Of a stretch of 64,000 nt of DNA, positions 28,161-39,909 are shown one piece after another (position 1 is the first letter of the stretch; each line of letters opens with the position of its first letter). Source of the DNA: an uncultured delta proteobacterium. Its GTDB lineage: Bacteria > Desulfobacterota > Desulfuromonadia > Desulfuromonadales > BM103. The stretch spans positions 1-64,000 of the forward strand of contig CAVQRZ010000023.1 of assembly GCA_963715335.1 (NCBI GenBank), written 5' to 3'. Under the pieces are notes generated by a model. That model ran no database searches. It saw nothing but the letters and a program-made list of their open reading frames with translations, and was not told the DNA's origin. The position numbers and the translations under genes were made by a program.

Positions 28161-28936
28161 GCCGGAGGGGTCTCATGGTCCGCATCGACCGACAGATCTT
28201 CCATGCGCCAATTGCGCAACCTGTCCATGGCGGCGTAATTCGTCAGGTCTAGGTGTAGTGGCGTTACCGATACATAGCCGTGCTGTACTGCATGGAAATC
28301 AGTGCCGTCCAGATCCTGAAAATCAAGTCCTCCGGCACCGATCCAGTAATAGGTGCGTCCGCGAGGATCGATATTCTCGATCACGGCATCTTCATAGATC
28401 CGCTTGCCTTGCCTGGTCACGCGAATCCCCAGAGGCCTCTGGGCCGGGACATTAACATTAATGAAGGTGTCAGCGGGCAGGCCATGTTCTTTCAGGGTTA
28501 AAGCCAGTTGTCCTGCGACCCTGGAGGCGTCTGCAAAATCGGCATACTTGAAATTCCTGGAGGCAAGGGAAACAGCTATGGCAGGAACACCCATCAAGGT
28601 TGCCTCCATGGCTGCAGCGACAGTGCCCGAATACGTCAGGTCGTCTCCCATGTTGCCACCCTTGTTGATCCCCGAGATGACCAGGTCTGGCTTTGTTTTG
28701 AGAATTCCGTGGATTGCAAGATTGACCGCATCTGTCGGTGTGCCGCTGACGGCCCAGCGATCGGTAAAGATCTCTTCAGCGCGCAGTGGTGCGTGCAGAG
28801 TCAGGGCATGACCTATTGCACTTCGTTCGCGATCGGGGGCGACAACCACAATCCGGCCAAGTGGCTGCAAATGATCAGCCAATGCTTGTAAGCCAGCGGA
28901 ATGGATACCATCGTCATTCGTCAGTAAAATAAGCAC
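28157..28936 (-). CDS. surE: 5'/3'-nucleotidase SurE
   Basis: [29 protein letters not shown]. Confidence 0.96.
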   Translation of the reverse strand: MLILLTNDDGIHSAGLQALADHLQPLGRIVVVAPDRERSAIGHALTLHAPLRAEEIFTDRWAVSGTPTDAVNLAIHGILKTKPDLVISGINKGGNMGDDLTYSGTVAAAMEATLMGVPAIAVSLASRNFKYADFADASRVAGQLALTLKEHGLPADTFINVNVPAQRPLGIRVTRQGKRIYEDAVIENIDPRGRTYYWIGAGGLDFQDLDGTDFHAVQHGYVSVTPLHLDLTNYAAMDRLRNWRMEDLSVDADHETPPA

Positions 28937-28976
28937 GGAGTTATTTCAGGCAAAGGGTCAATAGAGGGACAATATC

Positions 28977-29381
28977 TCAAGGGGTGGCTTTCAGACTTTT
29001 CTTCAACTGCAGGACATCCTCGCGAATCTCCTTGAGCAGTTTCAGGTCAATGGCCCCTGACAGGGGAAGTGCAAGCTGGTCAACCGCAGCTGCTTTTACT
29101 CTGGGTTTTGACGCCGGACCAGCGACCTTCTGGCCGGGTTTTTCGCGCAGTTTCTTGCGCGCACCGGCGATGGTAAACCCCTGGCTGTAAAGGAGATCTT
29201 TCAGGTGCAGGATGAGTTCCACGTCCTGCTTGCGATAGAGCCTTTGATTGCTGCGGCTCTTGTTTGGTCGAATAGCTTTAAACTCAGTCTCCCAGTAACG
29301 GAGGACGTGCGTCTTGACACCGGTAAATTTGGCAACTTCACCGATCTTGTAATAAAGTTTATCGGGAATCTGAAAGTCCAT
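28977..29381 (-). CDS. MerR-family transcriptional regulator
   Basis: [23 protein letters not shown]; usual position after ihfA. Confidence 0.9.
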   Translation of the reverse strand: MDFQIPDKLYYKIGEVAKFTGVKTHVLRYWETEFKAIRPNKSRSNQRLYRKQDVELILHLKDLLYSQGFTIAGARKKLREKPGQKVAGPASKPRVKAAAVDQLALPLSGAIDLKLLKEIREDVLQLKKSLKATP

Positions 29382-29417
29382 GCGCCGAAACCCTGGAGAT
29401 GGCGGAGCGGACGTGCT

Positions 29418-29702
29418 TTATCCCTCCGAATCGTTCAACGAAGCCTTGAGCACCTGGCTCGGCTTGAAGGTCAGAATGCGACGGGAAGATATCTCGATCT
29501 CCTGGCCGGTCTGCGGATTGCGACCACGCCGAGTCGCCTTATCCTTGACGACAAAGTTGCCAAAGCCGGCTATCTTGATCTTGTCGCCACCCTCAAGTGT
29601 ATTTTTCATAATGTCGAAAACCATTTCGACGATCTCGGCGGACTCCTTTTTGGAGAAGCCAGTTTTCAGATAAACATTTTCGACAAGGTCCGCCTTAGTC
29701 AT
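29418..29702 (-). CDS. ihfA: Integration host factor alpha
   Basis: MTKADL, KIAGFGNF, GRNPQTG, FKPSQVLK. Confidence 0.95.
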   Translation of the reverse strand: MTKADLVENVYLKTGFSKKESAEIVEMVFDIMKNTLEGGDKIKIAGFGNFVVKDKATRRGRNPQTGQEIEISSRRILTFKPSQVLKASLNDSEG

Positions 29703-29781
29703 GAATATCCACCTCCGTTAGATATCTACGCGAATTTTCACGTTTTTATATCACAGGCCAACGAAAATAAGCAACTATTTT

Positions 29782-32184
29782 TTAGCGCAGCTCGGCACTC
29801 AGTTCCTTTTCCATCGCTCTGACCAGTTTGCCATGCAGATTCTGGATCAATTCGTCGGTCAAGGTTCTGTCCAGCGCCCGGTAGCTGGCACGAATGGCCA
29901 GGCTCTTCTTGCCTTCCGGGATCCCCTCACCGGAGTAGACATCAAAGAGCTCAATCTTCTCAAGGTCCTTGATCCTGACCTGGCCGAGAACCGCAAAAAC
30001 CTGTTGCGCAGAGACCTCCTCATCAACCAGGAATGCCGAGTCGCGCTGCACATCCGGGTAACGTGACAACGGCAGGAACTGAATCTTGTCGCCGCCGATT
30101 TCAAACAGGGCCTCGACATCCAGATCGCAGATGATCGCCGACTGGCCGAGATCGAATTCGTACAGGATCTGAGGATGCAGCTCGCCGAGTGTACCGAGCA
30201 GTCGATCAGCACTATACAGGGCGCATGATTTGCCCGGATGGTAAAAAGGCTCAATGCTCTGGCTGTCCCAGGTCAGACCTGTAATTCTCAGGCTGGACAA
30301 GAGCTCCTCAACGACACCCTTCATGTCAAAGAAGTCAACTTTGGCGTCGGTCTGAGCCCAACCCAGCGGCTCACGGCGACCACAGAGGATCGCCGTCAGG
30401 CGAAGACTTTCCTGCGGCAGATCTGCGCCATCGATAGGTTGATAGACATGGCGAAGCTCAAACAGGGCGAGGTCATCACTGCGATATGCAAGGTTGCGGG
30501 CAGCGGTTTCCAGCACGCTCGGCACCAGAGTGGTGCGCATAACGCCCTGATCCTCTGTCAGCGGATTGAGAATCCGGACATTCTGCCGGCGCGGGTCTTG
30601 ATCACCGAGACCGATTCTATCGGTGGACCCTGCGTTGACAAAGGAATAATTGACAACCTCGGAGTAACCCGACCGGATCATCTGCTCGCGGACTTTGCGC
30701 TCCAGGGACAGATGGGCGGGCAATTGCTGGCAGGTCAGGCTGCTGGTCGGCATTGTTACGGGTATCCGGTCATAGCCGACGAGACGGGCGACTTCTTCTA
30801 TCAGATCGATTTCACGTTCCAGGTCGGGCCGAAAATTCGGGATTGTAACGTTCAGCGCACCATCGCCTGAGGCGCATTTCAGGCCGATTGCTGTAAGCCT
30901 GTCACCGATATCGCCAAGTTCGAGCTCCAACCCCAGCACTTCGCTGGTACGAGCGGCCGTTATCGTCGCGGTGCGTTTGACAATTTGTTCTGGATAAACA
31001 TCGACTGCACCGGGGGCAATCGTGCCACCGGCAAACTCGGCGATCAGCGCGGCGGCACGATCCAGCGCCAACGGGACCATGTCGACATCAGTGCCGCGCT
31101 CAAAACGGTGTGAAGATTCCGTATGCAGGCCGAGACGTTTACCGGTGCGGCGGATCGCTACGGGATTGAAGTAGGCACTTTCCAGCAGAATGTCTTTGGT
31201 GTCGTCCTGAACTTCCGAATCCTGGCCGCCCATAACTCCTGCCAGGGCTACCGGGCCAACGCCGTCACAGATGACCAGGTCGCTCGCCGTAAGGATGCGC
31301 TCCTGACCATCCAGCGTTGTAAACTTATCCCCTTCCTCCGCCCTGCGCACAACGATCCGTTGTTCACGCAAGAGGTTGAAATCGAAAGCATGCAACGGCT
31401 GGCCGAGTTCCATCATGACAAAGTTGGTAATGTCGACCACGTTATTGATGGAGCGCATGCCAACAGCCTTGAGACGACGGGCCATCCAGTCCGGTGAAGG
31501 ACCGATCTTGACTCCCTCGATGAGCCGCGCGGCGTAACGCGGACACAAATCCGCGTCTTCGATAATCACAGAGGTCTTGTCCGAGGCCTTGGCCCCCTCT
31601 TCACGAAGACCGGGCTCAGGCAGTCGTAGCGGTTTCTCAGCCATCGCCGACACCTCCCGCGCCACACCGACAACGCTCAGGCAGTCAGAGCGATTGGGGG
31701 TCAAGCCGATCTCGTACATGACATCTTTTATTCCCAAAACTTCGAACACTGGACGACCCAGTGGCAAGCCGGCAGGTAAAATCATGATGCCCTCGGCATC
31801 TTCGCCGAGGCCCAGTTCTTTGGTCGAGCAGAGCATCCCGTACGATTCCTGGTTGCGAATTTTGGATTTCTTGATTTTGAAATCACCCGGCAGAACGGTT
31901 CCTACCTGGGCAAAGGCGACCAGGTCTCCGGTCTTGTGATTCTTCGCGCCGCAGACGACCTGGAGAGTTTCACAACCCGTTTCAACTTTGCAGACGGTCA
32001 GGCGATCGGCATCAGGGTGTGCTGACACATCGGCAAGCCGGGCGACGACGACACCGTCAAGTCCATCGCCATGATGCTCCATGGCATCAACTTCAAGGCC
32101 GACCATGGTCAGACGATGGGAAAGATCATCGGCTGAAAGGTCAAAATCAACATAATCCTTGAGCCAGTTCAAGGTGACTTTCAT
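29782..32184 (-). CDS. pheT: Phenylalanyl-tRNA synthetase beta subunit
   Basis: 800 aa; HPDADRL, TPNRSDCLS, RFERG, DLIEEVAR, RTLTD. Confidence 0.97.
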   Translation of the reverse strand: MKVTLNWLKDYVDFDLSADDLSHRLTMVGLEVDAMEHHGDGLDGVVVARLADVSAHPDADRLTVCKVETGCETLQVVCGAKNHKTGDLVAFAQVGTVLPGDFKIKKSKIRNQESYGMLCSTKELGLGEDAEGIMILPAGLPLGRPVFEVLGIKDVMYEIGLTPNRSDCLSVVGVAREVSAMAEKPLRLPEPGLREEGAKASDKTSVIIEDADLCPRYAARLIEGVKIGPSPDWMARRLKAVGMRSINNVVDITNFVMMELGQPLHAFDFNLLREQRIVVRRAEEGDKFTTLDGQERILTASDLVICDGVGPVALAGVMGGQDSEVQDDTKDILLESAYFNPVAIRRTGKRLGLHTESSHRFERGTDVDMVPLALDRAAALIAEFAGGTIAPGAVDVYPEQIVKRTATITAARTSEVLGLELELGDIGDRLTAIGLKCASGDGALNVTIPNFRPDLEREIDLIEEVARLVGYDRIPVTMPTSSLTCQQLPAHLSLERKVREQMIRSGYSEVVNYSFVNAGSTDRIGLGDQDPRRQNVRILNPLTEDQGVMRTTLVPSVLETAARNLAYRSDDLALFELRHVYQPIDGADLPQESLRLTAILCGRREPLGWAQTDAKVDFFDMKGVVEELLSSLRITGLTWDSQSIEPFYHPGKSCALYSADRLLGTLGELHPQILYEFDLGQSAIICDLDVEALFEIGGDKIQFLPLSRYPDVQRDSAFLVDEEVSAQQVFAVLGQVRIKDLEKIELFDVYSGEGIPEGKKSLAIRASYRALDRTLTDELIQNLHGKLVRAMEKELSAELR

Positions 32185-32252
32185 ACTTCAAGTCCTTTGT
32201 TATATAACTCTATGTAAATAGTTAATAGTGAATGGTAAAAATGAAATGCAAC

Positions 32253-32300
32253 AACCAGCCCCAAGCCCCCAGCCTCCAGCTTCCGAATCCAACCCAGCCG
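32253..32300. repeat. Degenerate C-rich heptamer tandem repeat between pheS and pheT
   Basis: aaccagc cccaagc ccccagc ctccagc ttccgaa. Confidence 0.55.
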
Positions 32301-32306
32301 CCGATT

Positions 32307-33406
<1,100 letters not shown>

Positions 33407-33417
33407 AGTCTTGGCAA

Positions 33418-33774
33418 TTACTGCAACTGGGTCTTGGCTTTCTCTACAATCGAGCCAAACCCTGTCGGGTCGGTGACAGCCAGCTGGGCAAGAATCTTGC
33501 GGTCGATCCCGATCTCGGCCTGTTTCATACCGTAGATCAGACGGCTGTAAGACAGGCCATTGTCGCGGGCCGCGGCGTTGATCCGGGCAATCCACAGGGC
33601 CCTGAAGTCACGCTTGCGAACACGACGATCGCGGAAAGCGTAATTTAACGCGCGATCAACTGCTTCGGTTGCACTGCGGAACAATTTACTGCGCGCGCCG
33701 CGGTAACCCTTGGCAAGCTTTAATACCTTGTTCCTCCTGCGTCTTGCTTTGAATCCTCTTTTTACTCTTGGCAT
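33418..33774 (-). CDS. rplT: 50S ribosomal protein L20
   Basis: [19 protein letters not shown]. Confidence 0.98.
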   Translation of the reverse strand: MPRVKRGFKARRRRNKVLKLAKGYRGARSKLFRSATEAVDRALNYAFRDRRVRKRDFRALWIARINAAARDNGLSYSRLIYGMKQAEIGIDRKILAQLAVTDPTGFGSIVEKAKTQLQ

Positions 33775-33875
33775 CGCTTTTCTCCTTGAGAGTAGATGTG
33801 CGGATAACCCGCGCCCGGATCTGAAGGGGGAGCCATTATACCCAACAGTTCACGGGTGTGATTGTGCTGCGACCC

Positions 33876-34073
33876 TTAGAGGTAAGGGATCAGGCAGCTG
33901 ATATTCTTGGCGTCAGCCTTGTGGACCTCTGTCGCCTGGCGCAGGTCACGCTTGCGCTTGGTCGATTTCTTGGTCAGGATGTGGCTGGTAAAAGCTTTAT
34001 TCCGGCGGATTTTGCCGGTTCCGCTCTTACGGAAACGCTTGGCTGCGCCACGGTTGGTCTTGATTTTAGGCAT
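33876..34073 (-). CDS. rpmI: 50S ribosomal protein L35
   Basis: [20 protein letters not shown]. Confidence 0.98.
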   Translation of the reverse strand: MPKIKTNRGAAKRFRKSGTGKIRRNKAFTSHILTKKSTKRKRDLRQATEVHKADAKNISCLIPYL

Positions 34074-34127
34074 TGTTCTTCTCCTTAGCTATTGTGCAAA
34101 CTTTACGACTGTTGAAAAGTCGTCATC

Positions 34128-34643
34128 TTATTTTTTGATGGGGCCGATAACCATGCTCATAAAGCGGCCGGACATATTCGGATGACTCTCAACCTGACCG
34201 ATCTCAACCAGGTCTTCGGCCACTCTTGTGAGGATACGGCGACCGAATTCAGGGTGGGTCACTTCACGGCCACGGAACATGATCGTCACTTTGACCTTGT
34301 TGCCCTCCAAGAGGAACCGCTTGGCATTCTTGACCTTGAACTGGTAGTCATGCTCATCTGTTTTAGGCCGCAGCTTGACTTCCTTTAACTCAACCCTGGC
34401 CTGCTTTTTCTTGGCTTCTGCGGCCCGCTTGCTCTGCTGGTACTTGTACTTGCCATAGTCCATGATACGGCAAACCGGCGGGGATGCATTGGGAGAAACT
34501 TCCACAAGGTCGAGACCCTGCTCCCCGGCAGCCTGCAATGCAGCACCTAACTCCATGATACCAAGCTGTCCACCCTCATCATCGATGACACGCACTTCAC
34601 TTGCGCGGATAGACTCGTTGATATTGGTCGTGTCCTTACTTAT
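34128..34643 (-). CDS. infC: Translation initiation factor IF-3 with a non-canonical ATA start
   Basis: AGGAGG-N6-ATA, in frame, adds SKDTTNINESIRASE before VRVID; DLVEVSP, MDYGKYKY. Confidence 0.93.
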   Translation of the reverse strand: MSKDTTNINESIRASEVRVIDDEGGQLGIMELGAALQAAGEQGLDLVEVSPNASPPVCRIMDYGKYKYQQSKRAAEAKKKQARVELKEVKLRPKTDEHDYQFKVKNAKRFLLEGNKVKVTIMFRGREVTHPEFGRRILTRVAEDLVEIGQVESHPNMSGRFMSMVIGPIKK

Positions 34644-34653
34644 GACGCACCTC

Positions 34654-36570
34654 CTAATGGTACAGTTTGCACTCTTCCTGTATAAAACGAATAAAATCCG
34701 CAGGCTTCATCGGTTCCAGGTTTTCACCGGAGCGATGCCGTGCGGTTACTGTGCCGGCGGCCACTTCCTGGTCGCCAATCACCAGCATATACGGTATTTT
34801 TTCCATCTGGGCCTCACGGATCTTGAAGCCCAATTTTTCATTGCGCAGGTCAGCCTGAACACGGATACCCTCGGCGCGCAGTTCTTCACAAACCTGCTCG
34901 GCATAAGCGGCCTGGCTGTCAGTCACATTGAGGACTTTAACTTGTACCGGTGCAATCCAGAGCGGGAAATTGCCGGCGTGATGTTCGATCAAAACACCGA
35001 CGAAACGTTCAATGGCCCCCAGGATAACCCGGTGGACCATGACCGGCCGGTGCTTCTCGCCGTCACTCCCGATATAGCTGAGGTCAAACCGTTCCGGGAG
35101 AGTAAAATCGCACTGGATTGTAGCACATTGCCACTTCCTGTCAAGAGCGTCCTTAAGCTTGATATCGATCTTCGGGCCGTAGAAAGCGCCGTCGCCTTCA
35201 TTGATTTCATAAGGCAGACCGGTGTCATCGAGGGCACTTTTCAGCGCGTGGGTGGCACGCTCCCAATCCTCATCGGAGCCGATGGCTTTCTCCGGACGGG
35301 TTGATATCTCCAGTTCATACTCAAAACCAAAGATGCCCATGACGTCGCGGACAAAACCGAGGACCTTCTTGATTTCGCCGTCAAGCTGCTCTGGCATGCA
35401 GAGAATGTGGGCATCATCCTGGGTAAATCCGCGTACGCGCAGCAGGCCGTGAAGCACCCCGCTCTTCTCGTGGCGGTGGACTGTACCCAGCTCGAAATAA
35501 CGCTGCGGCAGGTCGCGATATGAGCGCTTCTTGGATTTGAAGATCAGCATATGGGCCAGGCAGTTCATCGGCTTGATCCCATAGCTCTGCTCGTCGACTT
35601 CCGTGAAGTACATGTTTTCACGATAGTTGTCGAAATGCCCCGAGGTCTTCCACAGTTCGGTACGCAGAATCTGCGGACCCATGACAATGTCGTAGCCGCG
35701 CTTGAGATGCTCCCGCCTTTCGAAATCTTCGATAATGGTACGGAGCAAGGCCCCTTTCGGGTGCCAGATCACCAGGCCAGCGCCAGCCTCATCGTTGAAA
35801 GAGAAGAGGTCCAGCTCCCGGCCAAGCTTGCGGTGATCACGCTTTTTTGCCTCTTCGAGACGATGCAGGTGCTGTTTCAGTTCCTTCTTGTCGGTGAACG
35901 CCGTCGCATAGATACGCTGCAGCATGGCGTTCTTTTCGTCACCACGCCAGTAGGCACCGGCAACGCTGGTCAACTTGAAAACTTTCAACATCCCGGTGGA
36001 CGGGATATGCGGGCCGCGGCAAAGATCAACGAATGTTCCTTGACGATAAAGAGTGACTTCCTCTTCACCAAGATCCTCGATCAGCTCGACCTTGTAATCT
36101 TCACCCAGCTCCCGAAACAATTTGATGGCTTCGGCGCTCTTCACGACCTGGCGCTCGATCGGCAAGTTCTGGTTAGCCAACTCGGCCATCTTCTGCTCGA
36201 TCCTGTCGAACTCTTCCGGGCTGAAAGTATGGGTATCACTGAAGAAATCGTAATAGAAGCCAGACTCGATCGCCGGGCCGATAGTAACCTGGACCTCGCG
36301 GCCGAAAAGTTCTTTCACTGCATGTGCCATCAGGTGGGCAGTCGAGTGACGGTAGAGTTTCAACCCTTCAGGAGTATTCAGCGTCACCAGGCGCAACCGG
36401 ACATCAGACTCAATCGGCCGGCAAGCATCGACGAGATCCTCACCAAAGTATGCTGCAACAGTCTGGCGCGCCAGACCCTCACCGATTGAACGTGCAACAT
36501 CCAGCGGAGTCGTCCCAAACGGGACTTCCTTAACCGCACCATCGGGCAATGTTACATTCAGCATTGACAT
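34654..36570 (-). CDS. thrS: Threonyl-tRNA synthetase
   Basis: TGS domain, [29 protein letters not shown]. Confidence 0.98.
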   Translation of the reverse strand: MSMLNVTLPDGAVKEVPFGTTPLDVARSIGEGLARQTVAAYFGEDLVDACRPIESDVRLRLVTLNTPEGLKLYRHSTAHLMAHAVKELFGREVQVTIGPAIESGFYYDFFSDTHTFSPEEFDRIEQKMAELANQNLPIERQVVKSAEAIKLFRELGEDYKVELIEDLGEEEVTLYRQGTFVDLCRGPHIPSTGMLKVFKLTSVAGAYWRGDEKNAMLQRIYATAFTDKKELKQHLHRLEEAKKRDHRKLGRELDLFSFNDEAGAGLVIWHPKGALLRTIIEDFERREHLKRGYDIVMGPQILRTELWKTSGHFDNYRENMYFTEVDEQSYGIKPMNCLAHMLIFKSKKRSYRDLPQRYFELGTVHRHEKSGVLHGLLRVRGFTQDDAHILCMPEQLDGEIKKVLGFVRDVMGIFGFEYELEISTRPEKAIGSDEDWERATHALKSALDDTGLPYEINEGDGAFYGPKIDIKLKDALDRKWQCATIQCDFTLPERFDLSYIGSDGEKHRPVMVHRVILGAIERFVGVLIEHHAGNFPLWIAPVQVKVLNVTDSQAAYAEQVCEELRAEGIRVQADLRNEKLGFKIREAQMEKIPYMLVIGDQEVAAGTVTARHRSGENLEPMKPADFIRFIQEECKLYH

Positions 36571-36587
36571 GATCGTTATCCCTAACG

Positions 36588-36612
36588 AAAAGAGGCATCC
36601 ACGGATGCCTCT
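36588..36612 (-). terminator. Terminator-like hairpin between tRNA-Val(GAC) and thrS
   Basis: AGAGGCATCC-AC-GGATGCCTCT with a T-run on the minus strand. Confidence 0.65.
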
Positions 36613-36633
36613 ACGAGATTTGGGCGAAGATTA

Positions 36634-36708
<75 letters not shown>

Positions 36709-36727
36709 GCACCCAAAATGCCGGATA

Positions 36728-36756
36728 CATTTAACAAAGGCGGCAGACTCTGTCAA
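36728..36756 (-). promoter_or_regulatory. sigma70 promoter for tRNA-Val(GAC)
   Basis: TTGACA-N17-TAAATG with extended TG. Confidence 0.65.
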
Positions 36757-36932
36757 GCCTTTTTATGCGCAATTTCCGCTATTTGTTAAACATTCATGGC
36801 ACCGACACAAATACTTTAACACAGCAACACAGGACTGTGTTGGCGCGGTCAGTGAGACAACGCTCCCGGCACGCGCAGCAGAGAGAATATCCTGATCCAG
36901 GCGTTGCCGGGGAAAAGGCCTGTCGTAATCAG

Positions 36933-36970
36933 AAAAAGGGCCTTGCAGAATGTGCTGCAAGGCCCCTTTT
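36933..36970 (-). terminator. Terminator after tRNA-Val(CAC)
   Basis: AAAAAGGGCCTTGCAG...CTGCAAGGCCCCTTTT. Confidence 0.78.
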
Positions 36971-36974
36971 GAAC

Positions 36975-37049
36975 TGGTGCAGGTAGTTGGGATTGAACCA
37001 ACGACCCCTCGCGTGTGAGGCGAGTGCTCTCCCGCTGAGCTATACCTGC
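36975..37049 (-). tRNA. tRNA-Val(CAC)
   Basis: GCAGGTATAGCTCAGCGGGAGAGCA-CTCGC-CTCACAC-GCGAG-GGGTCGTTGGTTCAATCCCAACTACCTGCACCA. Confidence 0.96.
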
Positions 37050-37135
37050 GTTTTCTCCTGCAAATCCGCTGGAGAGGAGAATTTTTATAACAGTAAGGGC
37101 GATGGAGTGTCAAGCCGTAAGCTGGGCCTGGACCG

Positions 37136-37693
37136 TCAGGGCAAAATCGAGGGCCTGTGTCCCTTCAGACATCTCATGTGGCTCTCAGTATCCCTGATGA
37201 AGATCCTGCGGGCGATGCGGAAACCGGGTTCGGTGACCATATGCTCCTGCAGAAGGCTCTCGATCTGCGCTTCACTCTTTGCGGGCAAAACTTCAGCGAA
37301 ATTGACCAGGGCGTCTGCATCCCAGATTACACGAAACTCGGGTGAGTCAAGACCATTGCGGGTGTGGTGACTGGCGACGATTGCGGCGACCTGATCCGTA
37401 ACAGCCTCCCCTGCACCCAGATTGGCCAGGATCTCCCTCGCGATCGGCGGGCCTTCGATCTCCTGCCACCGGCCCGAATTGGAACCATGCTTGCGTTCCG
37501 CCTCGTGGATGCCTATATCATGCAGATAAGCAGCAGCCAGGGTTATGACCGGGTCGGCGTCAACGTAAGCCAACAGCTCCTCTGCATAGAGAGACACCTG
37601 CAGAGCATGGTCGATGCGCCTCTGGTCAGCACCGAAATAGTCTTGCATGGCAGTTCTGGCTCGTGCCAGAAAAGCTTTCTGATCTGTATCCAT
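37136..37693 (-). CDS. HD-domain metal-dependent phosphohydrolase
   Basis: RRIDHA, AAYLHDIG, QEIEGPP, SHH, WDAD. Confidence 0.88.
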   Translation of the reverse strand: MDTDQKAFLARARTAMQDYFGADQRRIDHALQVSLYAEELLAYVDADPVITLAAAYLHDIGIHEAERKHGSNSGRWQEIEGPPIAREILANLGAGEAVTDQVAAIVASHHTRNGLDSPEFRVIWDADALVNFAEVLPAKSEAQIESLLQEHMVTEPGFRIARRIFIRDTESHMRCLKGHRPSILP

Positions 37694-37733
37694 TTTGACA
37701 ACAATATTGAACATTCCTCAGCTCGAAAAGAGT

Positions 37734-37765
37734 TATGGGGACACAATACGTATTGTGTCCCCATA
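37734..37765. repeat. Perfect 32-bp palindrome, GGGGACA...TGTCCCC REP-like
   Basis: TATGGGGACACAATAC|GTATTGTGTCCCCATA. Confidence 0.75.
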
Positions 37766-37819
37766 GATCAAGCCTTGTGAATAATCTTGTTGCCTCTCAA
37801 TTTTTCGCGACACACGATT

Positions 37820-38599
37820 TTACTTTCTGTCGCCACGGATGCCGATACAGACTGTTTCCAAAGGAATATCGCGACCACTCTTTTCAATCGCCTGCCGGGC
37901 CATGAAGATCAGGCCATTGCAACAAGGGACCTCCATGTGGACAACGGTCAGGCTCTTGATGTTGCTTTGCGTGATCATGGCCACCAGCTTGTCAACATAA
38001 GGCTCCGTGTTGTCGAGCTTCGGGCAGGCAATGGCCAGGGCCTTGCCTTTGAGTAGATCTTCCTGGAAATCGGCATAGGCAAAAGGAGCGCAGTCGGCGG
38101 CCAGGACCACGTCGGCATTCTGAAAAAAGGGCGCGGTCGGAGGCAGCAGGTGCAGCTGGATCGGCCATTGGGCAAGGCGTGAGGGCCTGGAGCCGACTGC
38201 CTCAGCACCTTCTTCTCGCGGTGCGTTGAAATTCATGGTTCTTGCAGAAGGGCATCCGCCGCCGGCAGCCGGAACGGCAAAGTTTTTCACGGCAGCCGAG
38301 GGGCAGCCGCCGCCGGCCGGTGGGGCCGGTTTGTGCTGATGCGGTTGTGGCTCACGACCGATCTGCTTGAGATGATCCTCGACAGCAGCCTCATCAAATT
38401 CATCCGCATCGCGTTCTTCTATGGTGATGGCGTCGAGCGGGCAGTCCCCGAGGCATGCGCCGAGACCGTCACAGAGGTTGTCAGCGAGCAGCCTTGCCTT
38501 GCCGTCGATAATCTGGATAGCCCCTTCCGCGCAGGACGGGACACAGAGGCCGCAACCGTTGCACTTCTCTTCATCAATCTTGACCATTTTGCGTTTCAT
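37820..38599 (-). CDS. 4Fe-4S ferredoxin-domain oxidoreductase (HcpR-regulon type)
   Basis: CNGCGLCVPSCAEG, CDGLGACLGDCP, GGGCPS x2, ACPKLD, MEVPCC. Confidence 0.85.
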   Translation of the reverse strand: MKRKMVKIDEEKCNGCGLCVPSCAEGAIQIIDGKARLLADNLCDGLGACLGDCPLDAITIEERDADEFDEAAVEDHLKQIGREPQPHQHKPAPPAGGGCPSAAVKNFAVPAAGGGCPSARTMNFNAPREEGAEAVGSRPSRLAQWPIQLHLLPPTAPFFQNADVVLAADCAPFAYADFQEDLLKGKALAIACPKLDNTEPYVDKLVAMITQSNIKSLTVVHMEVPCCNGLIFMARQAIEKSGRDIPLETVCIGIRGDRK

Positions 38600-38676
38600 G
38601 GTGACAACTCCTTATGAAAATTATCAGTAATGCGTATCGTTGAGGCCTAATTTACCGGCATACGGCTCCGTCTGCC

Positions 38677-38690
38677 TTGACCGGGGTCAA
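38677..38690. promoter_or_regulatory. Crp/Fnr-family (HcpR-like) palindromic site
   Basis: TTGACC-GG-GGTCAA, placed at class-II spacing from a TAAATT -10 (38649-38654, minus strand) upstream of the ferredoxin gene. Confidence 0.72.
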
Positions 38691-38693
38691 GCA

Positions 38694-39062
38694 TCAGAAA
38701 AAATAGTGCCAGAGCAGATCCAGCCGGCCGCGCCTGATCAGGTATTGACCGGAGAAGCGCATGACCTCCCGCACCTTCTGTCTGTATTCCGGCTTATAGC
38801 AGTGCACGGGGCAGTGTTTGCAGACAGGTTTTTCCTCCAGCGGGCAGCGTAACCGGCGCTCGAAAGCATACAAAAGGAATTCCCGGCACTCATCGCAGAC
38901 CGGAAACCTGCCCAGCGGCAGACGCTGGATTTCAGGCTCGTCAGCCGACACGACCGACTTGCGCCCGCCGTGCTTGACCTTGCAGTAGACCGCGGTGAAC
39001 TGCAAAAGGACCCTGAGATCCTTGAGTTCCTTGCGGGAGAGTGGTTGCGTTGAATCTTCCAT
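38694..39062 (-). CDS. YgbA-like 'nitrous oxide-stimulated promoter' family protein
   Basis: YCKVKH, CDEC, RLRCPLEEKPVCKHCPVHCY, VMRFSG. Confidence 0.88.
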   Translation of the reverse strand: MEDSTQPLSRKELKDLRVLLQFTAVYCKVKHGGRKSVVSADEPEIQRLPLGRFPVCDECREFLLYAFERRLRCPLEEKPVCKHCPVHCYKPEYRQKVREVMRFSGQYLIRRGRLDLLWHYFF

Positions 39063-39085
39063 ATCATTTACTTACTGCAAATTTT

Positions 39086-39763
39086 TCAACTTTCCTTGCA
39101 TTTGTCCGCGAGCTCTTCGAGACGATCGAAATCGATAATTTCGACGGTCCTTCCTGCGACCGCAATCAAATCATCTTCAGAGAGCTTGCGTAAGGTCCGG
39201 GAAAGGGTTTCACTGACGGTGCCGAGGTTTGAGGCCAGTTGGCTTTTCGAAATCGGCAGATCAACAGACCGTTTTGTCCCACGGGAGAGGTCCATAAGAT
39301 AACGGGCCAATCGCGAGGGTACGTCCTTGAAGGTCAGGTCTTCAATCTGGTTGGCAAACTGACGCAGAAACCTTGACAGCCCGGCGATCATGTTGATCGA
39401 GATCCTGCTGTTATCCCGCAACAGGGCGAGAAAAGCATCCTTGGGCAAAAAAAGCAGTTTTGATACTTGCAGCGGTTCGGCATAGGCCGGGTAAAGCCCT
39501 TCAGCAAAAATTGCCGCCTCCGCAAAAGTCCCGCCCGGCTGAATAACATGCAGGATCCGCTCTTTGCCTTCCGGAGAGAGCTTGTAGACTTTCACCCTGC
39601 CATCCAGCACAATAAAAAACCCCTCTGCCGGCTCTCCCTCGGAAAACAGCAGCTCGCCCCGGGGGTGTTCATTGATCCGGACAATCCCCATCAAGTCATC
39701 GAGGTCCGTCTCACCAAGGCCGGCAAACAGAGGGACGTTCTTCAGTATTTCACGATAATTCAT
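39086..39763 (-). CDS. hcpR: Crp/Fnr-family regulator, probable HcpR
   Basis: cNMP-binding fold (GRVKVYKLSPEGKE) and HTH LASNLGTVSETLSR; ygbA and ferredoxin neighbours. Confidence 0.72.
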   Translation of the reverse strand: MNYREILKNVPLFAGLGETDLDDLMGIVRINEHPRGELLFSEGEPAEGFFIVLDGRVKVYKLSPEGKERILHVIQPGGTFAEAAIFAEGLYPAYAEPLQVSKLLFLPKDAFLALLRDNSRISINMIAGLSRFLRQFANQIEDLTFKDVPSRLARYLMDLSRGTKRSVDLPISKSQLASNLGTVSETLSRTLRKLSEDDLIAVAGRTVEIIDFDRLEELADKCKES

Positions 39764-39909
39764 ATTCCACCCCAGCTAAAAGACTGTAATCACATGGCAA
39801 TCTCATAAGTCGCAGACTTTTTTGTTCGTCATTATATATAGCATATCGTGAAAATCCTGACAAAACTGATAATATTTATCCAAACCCGAACAAGTCCCTG
39901 GAGGAACCC

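Noticed and set aside
36571..36633. T-box leader before thrS
   Set aside because: Only about 60 nt lie between tRNA-Val and thrS; one simple hairpin, no T-box consensus.
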